Source of the DNA: a virus
DNA: 10,997 nt
Virus record (IMG/VR): IMGVR_UViG_3300045421_000681
Direction: 5' to 3' (one strand)
Every line of letters starts with the position of its first letter. Positions within the stretch are counted from its first letter, which is position 1. Positions 1 through 8,384 of this stretch are shown piece by piece. The notes beneath the pieces are model-generated. The model did no database searches. It had not been told where the DNA came from and saw nothing but the letters and a program-made list of their open reading frames with translations. Position numbers and translations under genes: made by a program.

Positions 1-2
1 AC

Positions 3-1661
3 ATTCCTGTTGGTGATGCAATACGAACGACCAGCTCAAAGAATAACATCCAAACAACAGCTACAGACGCCATTGTGGGTCATTCGTATGCTTGGGATGC
101 CAAGACTGGTCTTCGTCACTCAGTATCCAATCAAGTATCTGCCCAAGGCAAAGGGCATACTGTTTATTTAACTCGTGCAGATACAAAAAGTGTCTATCCA
201 GATCTCAACGTTCCAGGAACTAAGTCCAGAGCCATCAAAGGTCAACAGGAAGTAATTGATAGCGTTTATGTTCCTGCCGGCATGTCCGAAGAAGAGGGCA
301 AAAAAATAGTATCAGAAATGACGGGTAAGCACGGGATCGTTCATGTTGATGATACGGAAGATGCGGTTAGTAGGGCACTTTTGATTGAAAAAGGTGACGA
401 AGCGCTTGCCAATTACAAAGAGGGCAATCTTATGACGAACGTAGGGGGCCATATCAATGCGATCGATCGAGAGTTAGCTTCAGGCAAAGGACTTTCGCCA
501 ATTTATGGTCCTAAGTCAATACTTCCGTATCTGCATACTTTTGCAAGAATATATCAGTCCGAAGGCAGAGAAGCCGCAATAGCTCATGCTCTAGAAAACT
601 CAGACAAATTTACGATCGAAACACATCAGAAACGCTACGATCTAGCCAAAACTGCAATTGAAGCTGCCAAAAGCGGTTCCCCAATTGTACATCCAAATGT
701 TATAAGATCTTCTGACGATTCCGATCAGTTGATGGCGGAGGATTTGGTCTTGAACGAACAAGAAACAGAAACACCCGATCCACCCCCTGCATCTTCATCC
801 GAACCACCCCCTGAATCTTCTGAATTCGTACCAACCCCAAACGTATCTGACCTAAGAGCTCAATTAGGAATTAAACCAGAAAAAGAATCAGAACCCGTTA
901 CTCTTACTCCGGATCAACAAAAATTTATTGACCAAATGAAACTAGAGGTAAGAGAAAATCAAAGATTAGCCGAGGAAGCTCTTCCGTCAGTCAAAGAAGC
1001 GGTACAAAAAGAAGGGTACCTATATCATTTCGCCTCCACCAAAAACAGGGAAAGCATTGCCGAAAAGGGATTGATGCCCGGTCAAGCGCAGGGACCTGGA
1101 AAAACTTTCTTTTACACCAAACCCGAAGGACATAACATAACACAATTCGTAAATCCAGACCCAATGGATATTTACAGAATAAAAGTTACCCCAGAAATTT
1201 TAGAAAATCTAAAAGTAGATCCCCTAATTAGACACAGTGCGGTATTTGTAAGCGGTGATCTAGCCAAACAAGGTATAAAAGCGGAAAGAATCGGAACAAA
1301 CACGAGGATAGCCGAAGATGGAACAATTACTTACGACAAAATACAAAAAGTCGCAGAAGACGTATCCAAAAATCTTCCAGTTGGAAACAAAACCAACATA
1401 GGAACTTCTGTTAACTCAGCCAAAGTATTCAACACTCCTCAAGCCGCAGCTCAAGCCGAAGCAGTGGTACAATACGCAACCAGCAGCGCCGCTTTGCAGG
1501 ATTCACCAAACGTCCCTAACATTTCCGCCAAATCAGCCAAAACAAAAAACATGATGAAAGCAGTAAAAAAAGCCTCTGCTGCAGTAGCAGGAGGATCAAA
1601 AAAATCCACGGCATTGAGAGTCGCAGGAGCTGCTGCCACAATATTCAGACGTAAAACTTGA
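3..1661 (+). CDS. C-terminal ~552 aa of a large multidomain protein; 5' end lies upstream of the window
   Basis: Frame is open from nt 3 to TGA 1659-1661, so the ORF-track GTG at 75 is probably internal. Protein-like composition, with a Pro/Ser/Glu linker (PDPPPASSSEPPPESSE) and an Ala/Ser/Lys-rich tail ending AGAAATIFRRKT. Contains 15 CGG trinucleotides, all out of frame. Confidence 0.8.
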   Translation: MPVGDAIRTTSSKNNIQTTATDAIVGHSYAWDAKTGLRHSVSNQVSAQGKGHTVYLTRADTKSVYPDLNVPGTKSRAIKGQQEVIDSVYVPAGMSEEEGKKIVSEMTGKHGIVHVDDTEDAVSRALLIEKGDEALANYKEGNLMTNVGGHINAIDRELASGKGLSPIYGPKSILPYLHTFARIYQSEGREAAIAHALENSDKFTIETHQKRYDLAKTAIEAAKSGSPIVHPNVIRSSDDSDQLMAEDLVLNEQETETPDPPPASSSEPPPESSEFVPTPNVSDLRAQLGIKPEKESEPVTLTPDQQKFIDQMKLEVRENQRLAEEALPSVKEAVQKEGYLYHFASTKNRESIAEKGLMPGQAQGPGKTFFYTKPEGHNITQFVNPDPMDIYRIKVTPEILENLKVDPLIRHSAVFVSGDLAKQGIKAERIGTNTRIAEDGTITYDKIQKVAEDVSKNLPVGNKTNIGTSVNSAKVFNTPQAAAQAEAVVQYATSSAALQDSPNVPNISAKSAKTKNMMKAVKKASAAVAGGSKKSTALRVAGAAATIFRRKT

Positions 1662-1752
1662 AATTAAAAAACTTTTAAATTAAACGTTTATCAATTTTTA
1701 AATTTCAATATTCAGCCTTAGATTACGGCCTGCATTACTATTGTGGATACTT

Positions 1753-4613
1753 ATGAGCCAAAATCGTCCTATAATACCCGTTGGTGTTGGTCTAAAAAAA
1801 CCATCTATTCTTAGAGGGTGGTTTGGTGGAGTTTTGGAAAACCTTCTGCTTAAACCAACGGATAAAGAAGGTGACATAGAAGATTATCTCAGCCCTTGGC
1901 GCAACCTTCCGTATGATATAGCCAGCAATTTGACATTTGTTACAAACCTGCCCGGGGGACGTGCTGGAGGCGATCAAGTTACTGTAAAAGCAGATAGCTT
2001 AAACCCTGTGTACGCTGAAATATTCGGAATTCTAAGTCAACCTCGGCGGCGATCGAAGGATCCAAAGCTTAGGTCCCTCAGATTATGTAAAAAACAATTT
2101 ACTGTCAAAATATTACGAAATGGCGAAAAGAAGAAGCGCCATTCAATTAAGCCGTGGTCAAACCGATCAAATGACAGACGCTCTTTTTGCGAGCAAACTT
2201 TATGATCAGTTAGAAGGAATTGAATCTCACTTTGGAACAAAAGGTTCTTTGAGGCAGGGATTCCAGTTATTGAGCGGCGGCGATGGTATTAGCACGAATA
2301 TATCTCATTCTGAAGATAAGTTTCAGCCAGTAAATCTAATATTTAGTATTGGCAGACCCCTCGGTGGGCATAAAACTAAGCTGTTCTACGGCGGCGGAAG
2401 ATATTATGACAGAAGAGTAAAAGGAAATAAAGACCTCGCTTATATTTCGAGCCAGAACATGCCAGGTTTTGAAATGACTGACGGATCCATAATAGCTTTG
2501 CAGACTCCTTATAAGCACAACGAGATTCAGGATTACCTAACAATGCGACACGAAATGGGTCACCACATTCATGCAGAATTAAAACGATTCAATGACCTTA
2601 TCAATGAACCCGCCACAGGTCACATGGGAGCAATGCCGGATTATTACCACAGAGCAAAAAGTATATCAAGTAATCTTTCAATATACAACACCTATATGAG
2701 TGCTTTGCCTACTAATTTTGTTTCAGGACAACATCGACTGATCGCTGATAGATTGATGTATTCAAATATTAGAAAATCTTTAAACAGCAGTGTTCTTTCT
2801 TCTTCAGAAAGAAAAAGAGGAGAACTTTTTGCATCAATGCTAGAGCACGCCTCCCTTACGCATCAGCGTTACCCCAGCAGTTACGAAAAAGTTAGAATTT
2901 TGGGAGACAAATTGCGACCTGACATGTTTGGCGATGAATCCCTGTATACTCTTCACGGGCAACGCGGAATTATTGCCCCAGACGAAGATCTGGGAAGGTT
3001 TTTGGTAGGAACTTTTAGCCGGCACAAAAGCAATAGGCTTGGCGTCAGATCCCCAAGACATGATTAAATTGCTGTTAGGTGGTTCTTCAGATTCTTTTAA
3101 AACTATAACTCGCCAAGATGCGTTTGACATAAAGAAGCGTTTCTTTTACGATACTGCCACCCAGACTTTCTTTGGGGGCGACAATAATCGTGCGCATTCG
3201 CTTGCCAAAATTATCGATCTGATTCAAGGGGAAGTTGTTGCGGACAGCACCGCTGTGATAGGTGCCACTAGATTTGATAAAAAATTTACTACATCTCTGC
3301 TGTCACAAAGTAATTCCGAACTTCTTCAAGAAGTTGGCAGGATGCAGCAAATGCACATACGAGGTTTGGAATCTAGAACGGGCAAGAATGTTTTAGACTT
3401 ATTGCGACAACTTAGAAAAAATGATTATTTAACCGAACAAGAAGTTGTTGAGCTGACTGGTTTGTTGGGAACGAGGGACTATAAAAAAATAACAAGTTTG
3501 TCGCCAAACCGATATACCGTAAAAGCTGACTCGTTATTTTCAATGTCTGCTGAAAAATTTATAGAACACATAAAAACTAAACCGGGACTACGGAGGAAAC
3601 GACTACATATTGAACGCTGCCTTTAGGCAATCGGGGTTATTTGGGAGGGTCTTTGCGACCCAAGAAAACATAAATTTGAACGATATACTAGGCTTAACAG
3701 CTGAGCAGGCAGCAAAAGTATTTGGCAGTTACTCTGCAGCTAGCCATACCATAGTGGATGACAGCGCAAATCGGTAGAAAGTTTTTCATGACAGGAAATC
3801 CATTTGCAGAATATATTCAACACCACCTAAAAAATAAACCTCAAGGTCAAGATTTAATTGATGAGATCAACGTCGGCACTGCCGAAAAAAGATTATTCAG
3901 CGAAATATACATGGGGAGAAATCCTCTTGGCATAGTGTCGTTTTCTTCAAAGAGAACATACGAAAAAACCATACATCTTCCAGCTGTCAGAAGACTGCTG
4001 GAAGCTCAGGGATACGAAGCAGATGAAATAGGCTCAATGATAGATTATATGAAAAGATCTTTCGCCCACGATGCCAGCCCGGAATTGAAAGCTGTGTTCG
4101 ATGAAATGGATTCCATTTATGACAGGCTTGGAGGCTTGAGAAGAGAAGATCTTTTTTCTTTGTCTCAACGATTGGGCAAAGAAAGAATAAGAGTTCTTGC
4201 ACCAAATATAACACATGAAGCCATGCAAAATATCAACATAGATAACTATTTGAAGTCCTACCAATACAAATTTATATTTTCCGAAACGGAAATTGAAAGA
4301 AAACCTATTCAACGGAATGTTTGCAGACGTTCTTAGTCAAGATGTTCCACTAACCCTCTTACAAAAACCAACATATGAATTACAAATTGGAAAAACTATA
4401 AATCAGACAGCACAAATTTCATCCACTGCACAAAAAGTACAAAGCGCAGCCGGCAGCACATCAAGACAAGTAGCGAAAGCCACGATGGGACAAAAGGTAG
4501 GACAGTCGTCAGCAGGTAGACAGTTTATGTCTACGATGGTCTCATCGGCCAGCGGAAGAAAAGTCCTCGACTTGGCTAAATCCGCAAAAACTATAGTCAG
4601 CGCATTTAAATAA
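1753..4613 (+). CDS. 951-aa protein with an HEMGH zincin-type metalloprotease motif; needs five +1 frame advances at in-frame CGG
   Basis: ATG 1753 (track start TTG 1741) to TAA 4611-4613. Frame segments are 1753-2043, 2045-3019, 3021-3590, 3592-3771, 3773-4312 and 4314-4613. Each junction is an in-frame CGG (2044, 3020, 3591, 3772, 4313). 2861 nt minus 5 skipped nt gives 952 codons. Segment 3592-3771 looks coding but has no start codon of its own. HEMGH is encoded at 2549-2563. Merges track ORFs 1741-2205, 2120-3067, 3039-3626, 3758-4336 and 4293-4613. Confidence 0.75.
2044..2046 (+). other. +1 recoding site (in-frame CGG, quadruplet CGGC)
   Basis: The upstream frame reads ..ILSQP then CGG. 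Skipping C2044 gives GGDRRIQSLGPSDYVKNNLL.., continuous with ORF 2120-3067. The unshifted frame turns into a basic junk tail. Confidence 0.7.
3020..3022 (+). other. +1 recoding site (in-frame CGG, CGGC)
   Basis: ..LVGTFS | GTKAIGLASDPQDMIKLLL... The downstream frame opens only at 3009 and the upstream frame stops at 3065-3067. This is the only in-frame CGG in that window. Confidence 0.7.
3591..3593 (+). other. +1 recoding site (in-frame CGG, CGGA)
   Basis: ..HIKTKPGL | GGNDYILNAAFRQSGLFGRVF... The upstream frame stops at TAG 3624-3626. Confidence 0.7.
3772..3774 (+). other. +1 recoding site (in-frame CGG, CGGT), followed at once by 0-frame TAG
   Basis: ..TIVDDSAN | GRKFFMTGNPF... The permissive window is only 3755-3774, between a stop in the new frame (3752-3754) and a stop in the old frame (3775-3777). 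Confidence 0.75.
4313..4315 (+). other. +1 recoding site (in-frame CGG, CGGA)
   Basis: ..SETEIERKPIQ | GMFADVLSQDVPLTLLQ... The old frame stops at 4334-4336. Confidence 0.7.
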
Positions 4614-4624
4614 ACTAAATATTT

Positions 4625-5014
4625 TTAATTTATATGATCCAAAAACTTTTGCTCAGTTGGATCTAACCATTTCATGTCAGAAACTTTGCCATCAAGAAAC
4701 GTGAGCTCATAAGCCACAAACAAATCTTTGTCCTCTATATTAACAATCGTATATATTTCCAAAGGACCATCAAAGTTAACTTTTTCTGCGTTTTTTAGAT
4801 CTACTTCTACATTTTTGAAAGGAAGAAAAGTTCTTTTTGAATCATACAATTGTCCATCGCTGAAAATAAAATAATGAGAAAGAACGTTATCAAAATCTTT
4901 TGTTTGAAAACCCGTCTCCTCAAAAGTTCTTTTAAATATATTTACGTATTTGTCTGTAATAAAATTTGGTATTGGAAGATCAACAAAAACTTCCACATCA
5001 TCAAACATACTCAT
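4625..5014 (-). CDS. hypothetical 129-aa cytoplasmic protein
   Basis: Intact ORF. AAGGAG Shine-Dalgarno (reverse complement of 5021-5026) sits 6 nt before ATG 5014. It starts 18 nt downstream of the tRNA-Gly 3' end. No in-frame CGG. Confidence 0.75.
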   Translation of the reverse strand: MSMFDDVEVFVDLPIPNFITDKYVNIFKRTFEETGFQTKDFDNVLSHYFIFSDGQLYDSKRTFLPFKNVEVDLKNAEKVNFDGPLEIYTIVNIEDKDLFVAYELTFLDGKVSDMKWLDPTEQKFLDHIN

Positions 5015-5032
5015 CTAAATCTCCTTTGTTTG

Positions 5033-5103
<71 letters not shown>

Positions 5104-5182
5104 AACGTAATACTATAGACTATAACATGTTGATAAAACTAATATTAGCCCAACTTTTTTCAATACTAAAAAATTGGAGACA

Positions 5183-5211
5183 ATATTACAGATTTTTTAA
5201 AGCGGAGTCAA
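5183..5211 (-). promoter_or_regulatory. sigma70-like promoter TTGACT-17 nt-TAATAT upstream of tRNA-Gly
   Basis: On the minus strand, -35 TTGACT is at 5211-5206 and -10 TAATAT at 5188-5183, with exactly 17 nt between them. It lies between the stop of ORF 5220-5429 and the tRNA. Confidence 0.4.
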
Positions 5212-5219
5212 TAGAAGAT

Positions 5220-5429
5220 TTATAGATTATTTATATATTCTATTACCTTGGCTCTTGTGTTGACCAAATTTTTTTGCTCTGAATCAAAAACCAGTAAAAT
5301 ATCCCAGATACAATCAGTTATCTTCTTTGCGGCAGCGACCGAGAGAGATTCAGAAAATTTGTCTTTGGCCAAAGAAGACAATATGTTTTTATATAAATGC
5401 GTGTAATCTGTGGTTGTATTGAGTTTCAT
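5220..5429 (-). CDS. hypothetical 69-aa protein
   Basis: Intact ORF starting 13 nt downstream of the stop of the large gene 5443-7445. No obvious Shine-Dalgarno. No in-frame CGG. Confidence 0.55.
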   Translation of the reverse strand: MKLNTTTDYTHLYKNILSSLAKDKFSESLSVAAAKKITDCIWDILLVFDSEQKNLVNTRAKVIEYINNL

Positions 5430-5442
5430 GACCTGTATTATA

Positions 5443-7445
5443 TCACATTTGTTGCATTTCTTCTCTTTCTTTCCTTCTCATTTTACCTCTGGATACCGCA
5501 GAAGCGGTTGCCAATGCCACCGTTGCGCCTAATCCAACCCCAATTGTTTGCCCTAAACCAAATTTTGTAATTATTTTTGATGATTTAATTGCGCTTGCTA
5601 CTGCTTGTCTAATACCGACCGACTGCACAGTCGCCGACATGGTTGTCATACCCCCACCAACAGCAGGGGGGGGAGTGTCAAAAAATTTTGCTATTTTATT
5701 GTCACTATAAGAAGGAATTTTTCTCAACAGGTTTAAAGGTTTTCTTGGTCCGTGCAAGGGCGCTAAGGGAGCTTTTTTACCAACAGGTTTTATTTTTCCA
5801 ACAGGTTTTATTTTTGGAAGTGATAAGCTACCAGGTTTTATGCCTGGAACTTTAACATTATTCGGTTGAGGTACAGGAACAGGTGCAGGTGTAGGAACAG
5901 GTGCAGGTGTAGGAACAGGTGCAGGTGTAGGAACAGGTGCAGGTGTAGGAACAGGTGCAGGTGTAGGAACAGGTGCAGGTACAGGAACAGGTGCAGGTGT
6001 AGGAACAGGTGCAGGTGTAGGAACAGGTGCAGGTGTAGGAATAGATTGATTTCGATACTGTGGCAATTGTCCGATAGACTCCGACCCATATTATCAAAGA
6101 CCCCAAAATTATCGAAATCAATGTGAAGTTGTGGATACTCCATCAAATTGGCGAGTCTTTGACGATCATCAATACGGTCCATATTGAAGAGATTCGCAGC
6201 CTCAAGATCATCAGTGCTCGGTAATTCCGATAATCCAAGAGATCCAAAAGAAAATTCCGCAACATCGAAAAGGGCAGGTTGTCTTGGTTTAAAAGATAAT
6301 TTTTTAGAATTTGAATTTATAATTGAATTTATAGTTAAGTTTGGAAATATACTTTGTTCGACTTCTGCTATTTTCATTCTAATCATTCTTTGAATTTTTT
6401 CAGCCGAACCAGTTGTTGTTGGAGGTTTTGGTACCTCAAAATTCCTTGTATTGGCAAATCTTGCTATCCTATTCACTCTTTCGTTAACAATTTCGCCAGC
6501 ATCTATGGCCGGTTCGATTTGTTGTAACTCTAATGCTGTACGATGTTCGTCTATAAATCCGCGGGATTCGTCTTGCCCAACTCGGTGGAAGACCGGAAGC
6601 GTAGTTTTTTCTTAAGACCGTTGCCGCCGATTCAGTACCGCCGCCTGACTAAACTTTCGATTTGTTGCTGTTGCTCTGGAGTCATTACACCATGTCTAGA
6701 TGTAACTAAGAATTGATCTAGAGACATCGATATTTGCGAGCCGAAATCATCGCTATCAGGATTTCTTAATGATAACTTAATATTATCCAACACACCAGAC
6801 GAGCTTGGATTAACTCTGTCAACATTGAATCCGAACGATTCAAAAACATTTTTTACTGCATCAAAAGACGCATCAGTAATTGGCATAACAGAACCAGCAT
6901 GAGATATGCTCTCAGACGGCGAAATCTCTCCAAGGTATTCTATACCGAGATCCCTTGCCCCCAACCAATTTTTTTGGTATCACAAACGAAGTTGATCCGG
7001 GATGCTCTATTACATTAGTATATTTTATTACATGGTCTATGTCTCTATTATCATAGTCTTGAGCCCTTTTAAAAGTCTCGTTGCCGAAAAAATGGAGATT
7101 CTCCTGGAGCTGACATATCAATAGGCGGACGAGAAGTTACTGTAGCGTCATCTATGGCAGAACGTGGATGAATTAAACTTGTTGAAATTCTATAAGCGTG
7201 AATTTTTGGATTTTGATCGATGACAGGATCAAACGTGTTCGAGATCCTATCAAGCGACGAAAGAAGGGTTCCTGCGTGAAAGTTTGGAATCAGATCTCCG
7301 TCGTCCGCACCGAGCACGAACACCGCCAAGGACGTGTACGAAGATACTCATGCGGCGCAAGATCAGATGCCGTAGCGTGATAGACCACTACAAAACCTTC
7401 GGATCGACGATGCTCAGGGTTGATATTTTTAAATTGTACTGCCAT
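5443..7445 (-). CDS. 664-aa protein with a (PAPVPT)n linker and a C-terminal hydrophobic segment plus basic tail; needs eight +1 frame advances at in-frame CGG
   Basis: ATG 7445 to TGA 5445-5443. Segments are 7445-7326, 7324-7313, 7311-7087, 7085-6948, 6946-6644, 6642-6562, 6560-6084, 6082-6074 and 6072-5443. The first bases of the CGG codons are at 7325, 7312, 7086, 6947, 6643, 6561, 6083 and 6073. 2003 nt minus 8 gives 665 codons. The upstream candidate starts 7466 and 7478 would place an in-frame CGG at 7451-7449, which favours 7445. Merges track ORFs 7290-7478, 7069-7329, 6912-7121, 6632-6964, 5838-6476 and 5443-6066. Confidence 0.75.
5780..5815 (-). repeat. perfect 18-bp direct duplication encoding KIKPVG KIKPVG
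   Basis: ccaacaggttttattttt occurs at 5780-5797 and again at 5798-5815. Confidence 0.9.
5863..6042 (-). repeat. 18-bp tandem repeat, 10 copies, encoding (PAPVPT)n
   Basis: The plus-strand unit aggtgcaggtgtaggaac runs head to tail. Three copies vary (5863-5880, 5971-5988, 6025-6042). The repeat is open in all six frames. Confidence 0.95.
6071..6073 (-). other. +1 recoding site (CGGA), second of the pair
   Basis: GVY | GQLPQYRNQSIPTPAPVPT.. Confidence 0.65.
6081..6083 (-). other. +1 recoding site (CGGA), first of a closely spaced pair
   Basis: ..FDNFGVFDNMG | GVY. Confidence 0.65.
6559..6561 (-). other. +1 recoding site (CGGA)
   Basis: ..SGLPPSWARRIP | GFIDEHRTALELQQIEPAIDAGE... This explains the coding-looking, start-less stretch upstream of the track start GTG 6476. 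Confidence 0.65.
6641..6643 (-). other. +1 recoding site (CGGC)
   Basis: ..QQQQIESLVR | GGTESAATVLRKNY... The permissive window is only 14 nt (6648-6635), between a TAG in the new frame and a TGA in the old frame. Confidence 0.75.
6945..6947 (-). other. +1 recoding site (CGGT)
   Basis: ..IPKKLVGGKGS | GIEYLGEISPSESISH.. Confidence 0.7.
7084..7086 (-). other. +1 recoding site (CGGC)
   Basis: ..SAPGESPFF | GNETFKRAQDYDNRD.. Confidence 0.7.
7310..7312 (-). other. +1 recoding site (CGGT), second of the pair
   Basis: GVRA | GADDGDLIPNFHAGTLLSSL... The two +1 events together look like a single -1 shift between track ORFs 7290-7478 and 7069-7329. Confidence 0.65.
7323..7325 (-). other. +1 recoding site (CGGT), first of a closely spaced pair
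   Basis: ..PHEYLRTRPW | GVRA. Confidence 0.65.
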
Positions 7446-7469
7446 AGTCCGTATAGTAACATTCATAAA

Positions 7470-7498
7470 TTGCTTCAATCAAATAAATATGCTACTAT
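7470..7498 (+). promoter_or_regulatory. possible promoter for tmRNA (TTGCTT-17 nt-TACTAT)
   Basis: -35 at 7470-7475 and -10 at 7493-7498, 11 nt before the mature 5' end at 7510. A short leader removed by RNase P would fit. Confidence 0.3.
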
Positions 7499-7509
7499 AT
7501 ATACAACTA

Positions 7510-7874
7510 GGGGCTGAAAGGTTTCGACGTTAAGATTAAAAACATAAAGTGCAATTCAAGTTAGATGACAGACTTGCAAAACGGTTATCAAAAAATAAGC
7601 GCCAATACTATACAGTATTCGTGCGACTGGGATGCAGAGCTTGCTAAATTAAACCGTGAGGTTTGTTTAGTAGCCTAATTCCGGTTACTGGGGCCCGCTT
7701 AAGCCCTATTAAATAATTAAGTGGACGGCTAGGAAAGACAAGCTGACATCTGGAAAGACAGATGACCGATAAGGAAAGCCTTATCAAAAGTGGCCTAGCT
7801 ACTTTAACTTAGGAATAATTGTAACACGATATGTTTTTACTTATCGGACGCGGGTTCGATTCCCGCCAGCTCCA
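7510..7874 (+). ncRNA. ssrA: tmRNA (transfer-messenger RNA), 365 nt, CCA not encoded
   Basis: 5' GGGGCTGAAAGGTTTCGACG. 3' GGACGCGGGTTCGATTCCCGCCAGCTCCA. The acceptor stem pairs 7510-7516 with 7867-7873 and includes the G3.U alanine identity pair. T arm is GCGGG-TTCGATT-CCCGC. Confidence 0.9.
7601..7678 (+). other. putative tmRNA tag reading frame ANTIQYSCDWDAELAKLNREVCLVA-stop
   Basis: GCC at tmRNA position 92 is preceded by caaaaaataagc, which resembles the E. coli resume context aaaaaauaguc-GCA at position 90. The frame ends LVA then TAA. The alternative frame ends SLLN, which is not a typical degradation tag. Confidence 0.5.
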
Positions 7875-7913
7875 CGATTACTATCTATAATATCGAAAAC
7901 AGGAGAAACACAC

Positions 7914-8339
7914 ATGCCCAACCACTGGTTGTCGGATTTGAATTATCAAAAAAGTTTAGCCAAAAATATTAGCGAGGCCGCCAAAAATCCCAGAAAGAAT
8001 GGCTCTCATATGGACATGACAAAAGTAAAAATGTCCGCCGCAGAAAGAGAATTTGCAAACGCACTGCTTTCCATCGCCCAAAAATACGGAAAGCTTTCAA
8101 ACAATGACGGCAACGGCATTTGGGTCGGGTATGTTTCCAGAGAAGATAATGACAATTACGATATAGGTGTACGTTGCGAGAACTGCGTTCTTCACGAATC
8201 CGAGTATGTGTGTAAGGTTGTAAAAAACAGAATTGAACCAGGCGGTTACTGCAGATTAGCCGCTATACCAGATGGTCTTGTTAGTAGTCCGGGAAAATCC
8301 GACGATGACGAAAAAGAAGACACGGGTGAAGAAGATTGA
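7914..8339 (+). CDS. 141-aa protein with a Cys4 motif (CxxC-x9-C-x13-C) and an acidic C-terminus
   Basis: Intact ORF. AGGAG at 7900-7904. It starts 40 nt after the tmRNA. Motif VRCENCVLHESEYVCKVVKNRIEPGGYCRLAAIP. No in-frame CGG. Confidence 0.8.
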   Translation: MPNHWLSDLNYQKSLAKNISEAAKNPRKNGSHMDMTKVKMSAAEREFANALLSIAQKYGKLSNNDGNGIWVGYVSREDNDNYDIGVRCENCVLHESEYVCKVVKNRIEPGGYCRLAAIPDGLVSSPGKSDDDEKEDTGEED

Positions 8340-8384
8340 TCTTGACAATTCTCACAACGAGAACGGATTCATGGAAGAGTAGTC

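Noticed and set aside
3571-3576. An A5-run insertion joining ..EHIK to LNRDYGGNDY..
   Set aside because: That path would read an in-frame CGG at 3583-3585 without a shift. The path through CGG 3591 is consistent with all other sites.
5863-6042. CRISPR-like array
   Set aside because: The units are contiguous 18-bp repeats with no spacers, and they lie inside a coding sequence.
5838-6126. ORFs 5858-6121 (-), 5866-6126 (+), 5643-5855 (+) and the 3' part of 5838-6476 (-)
   Set aside because: These are artefacts of the six-frame-open 18-bp repeat or the antisense of the real gene. Their translations are low-complexity (LHLHLF, RCRNRC, CTCSYT).
6612-6614. Readthrough of an in-frame TAA linking SQAAVLNRRQRS to EKTTLPVFHRV
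   Set aside because: The path through two CGG sites (6643 and 6561) crosses this region in another frame with no stop, so no readthrough is needed.
7446-7478. Upstream starts TTG 7478 or ATG 7466 for the large minus-strand gene
   Set aside because: They would include an in-frame CGG at 7451-7449, which would knock the frame out before ATG 7445. ATG 7445 is consistent with the rule.
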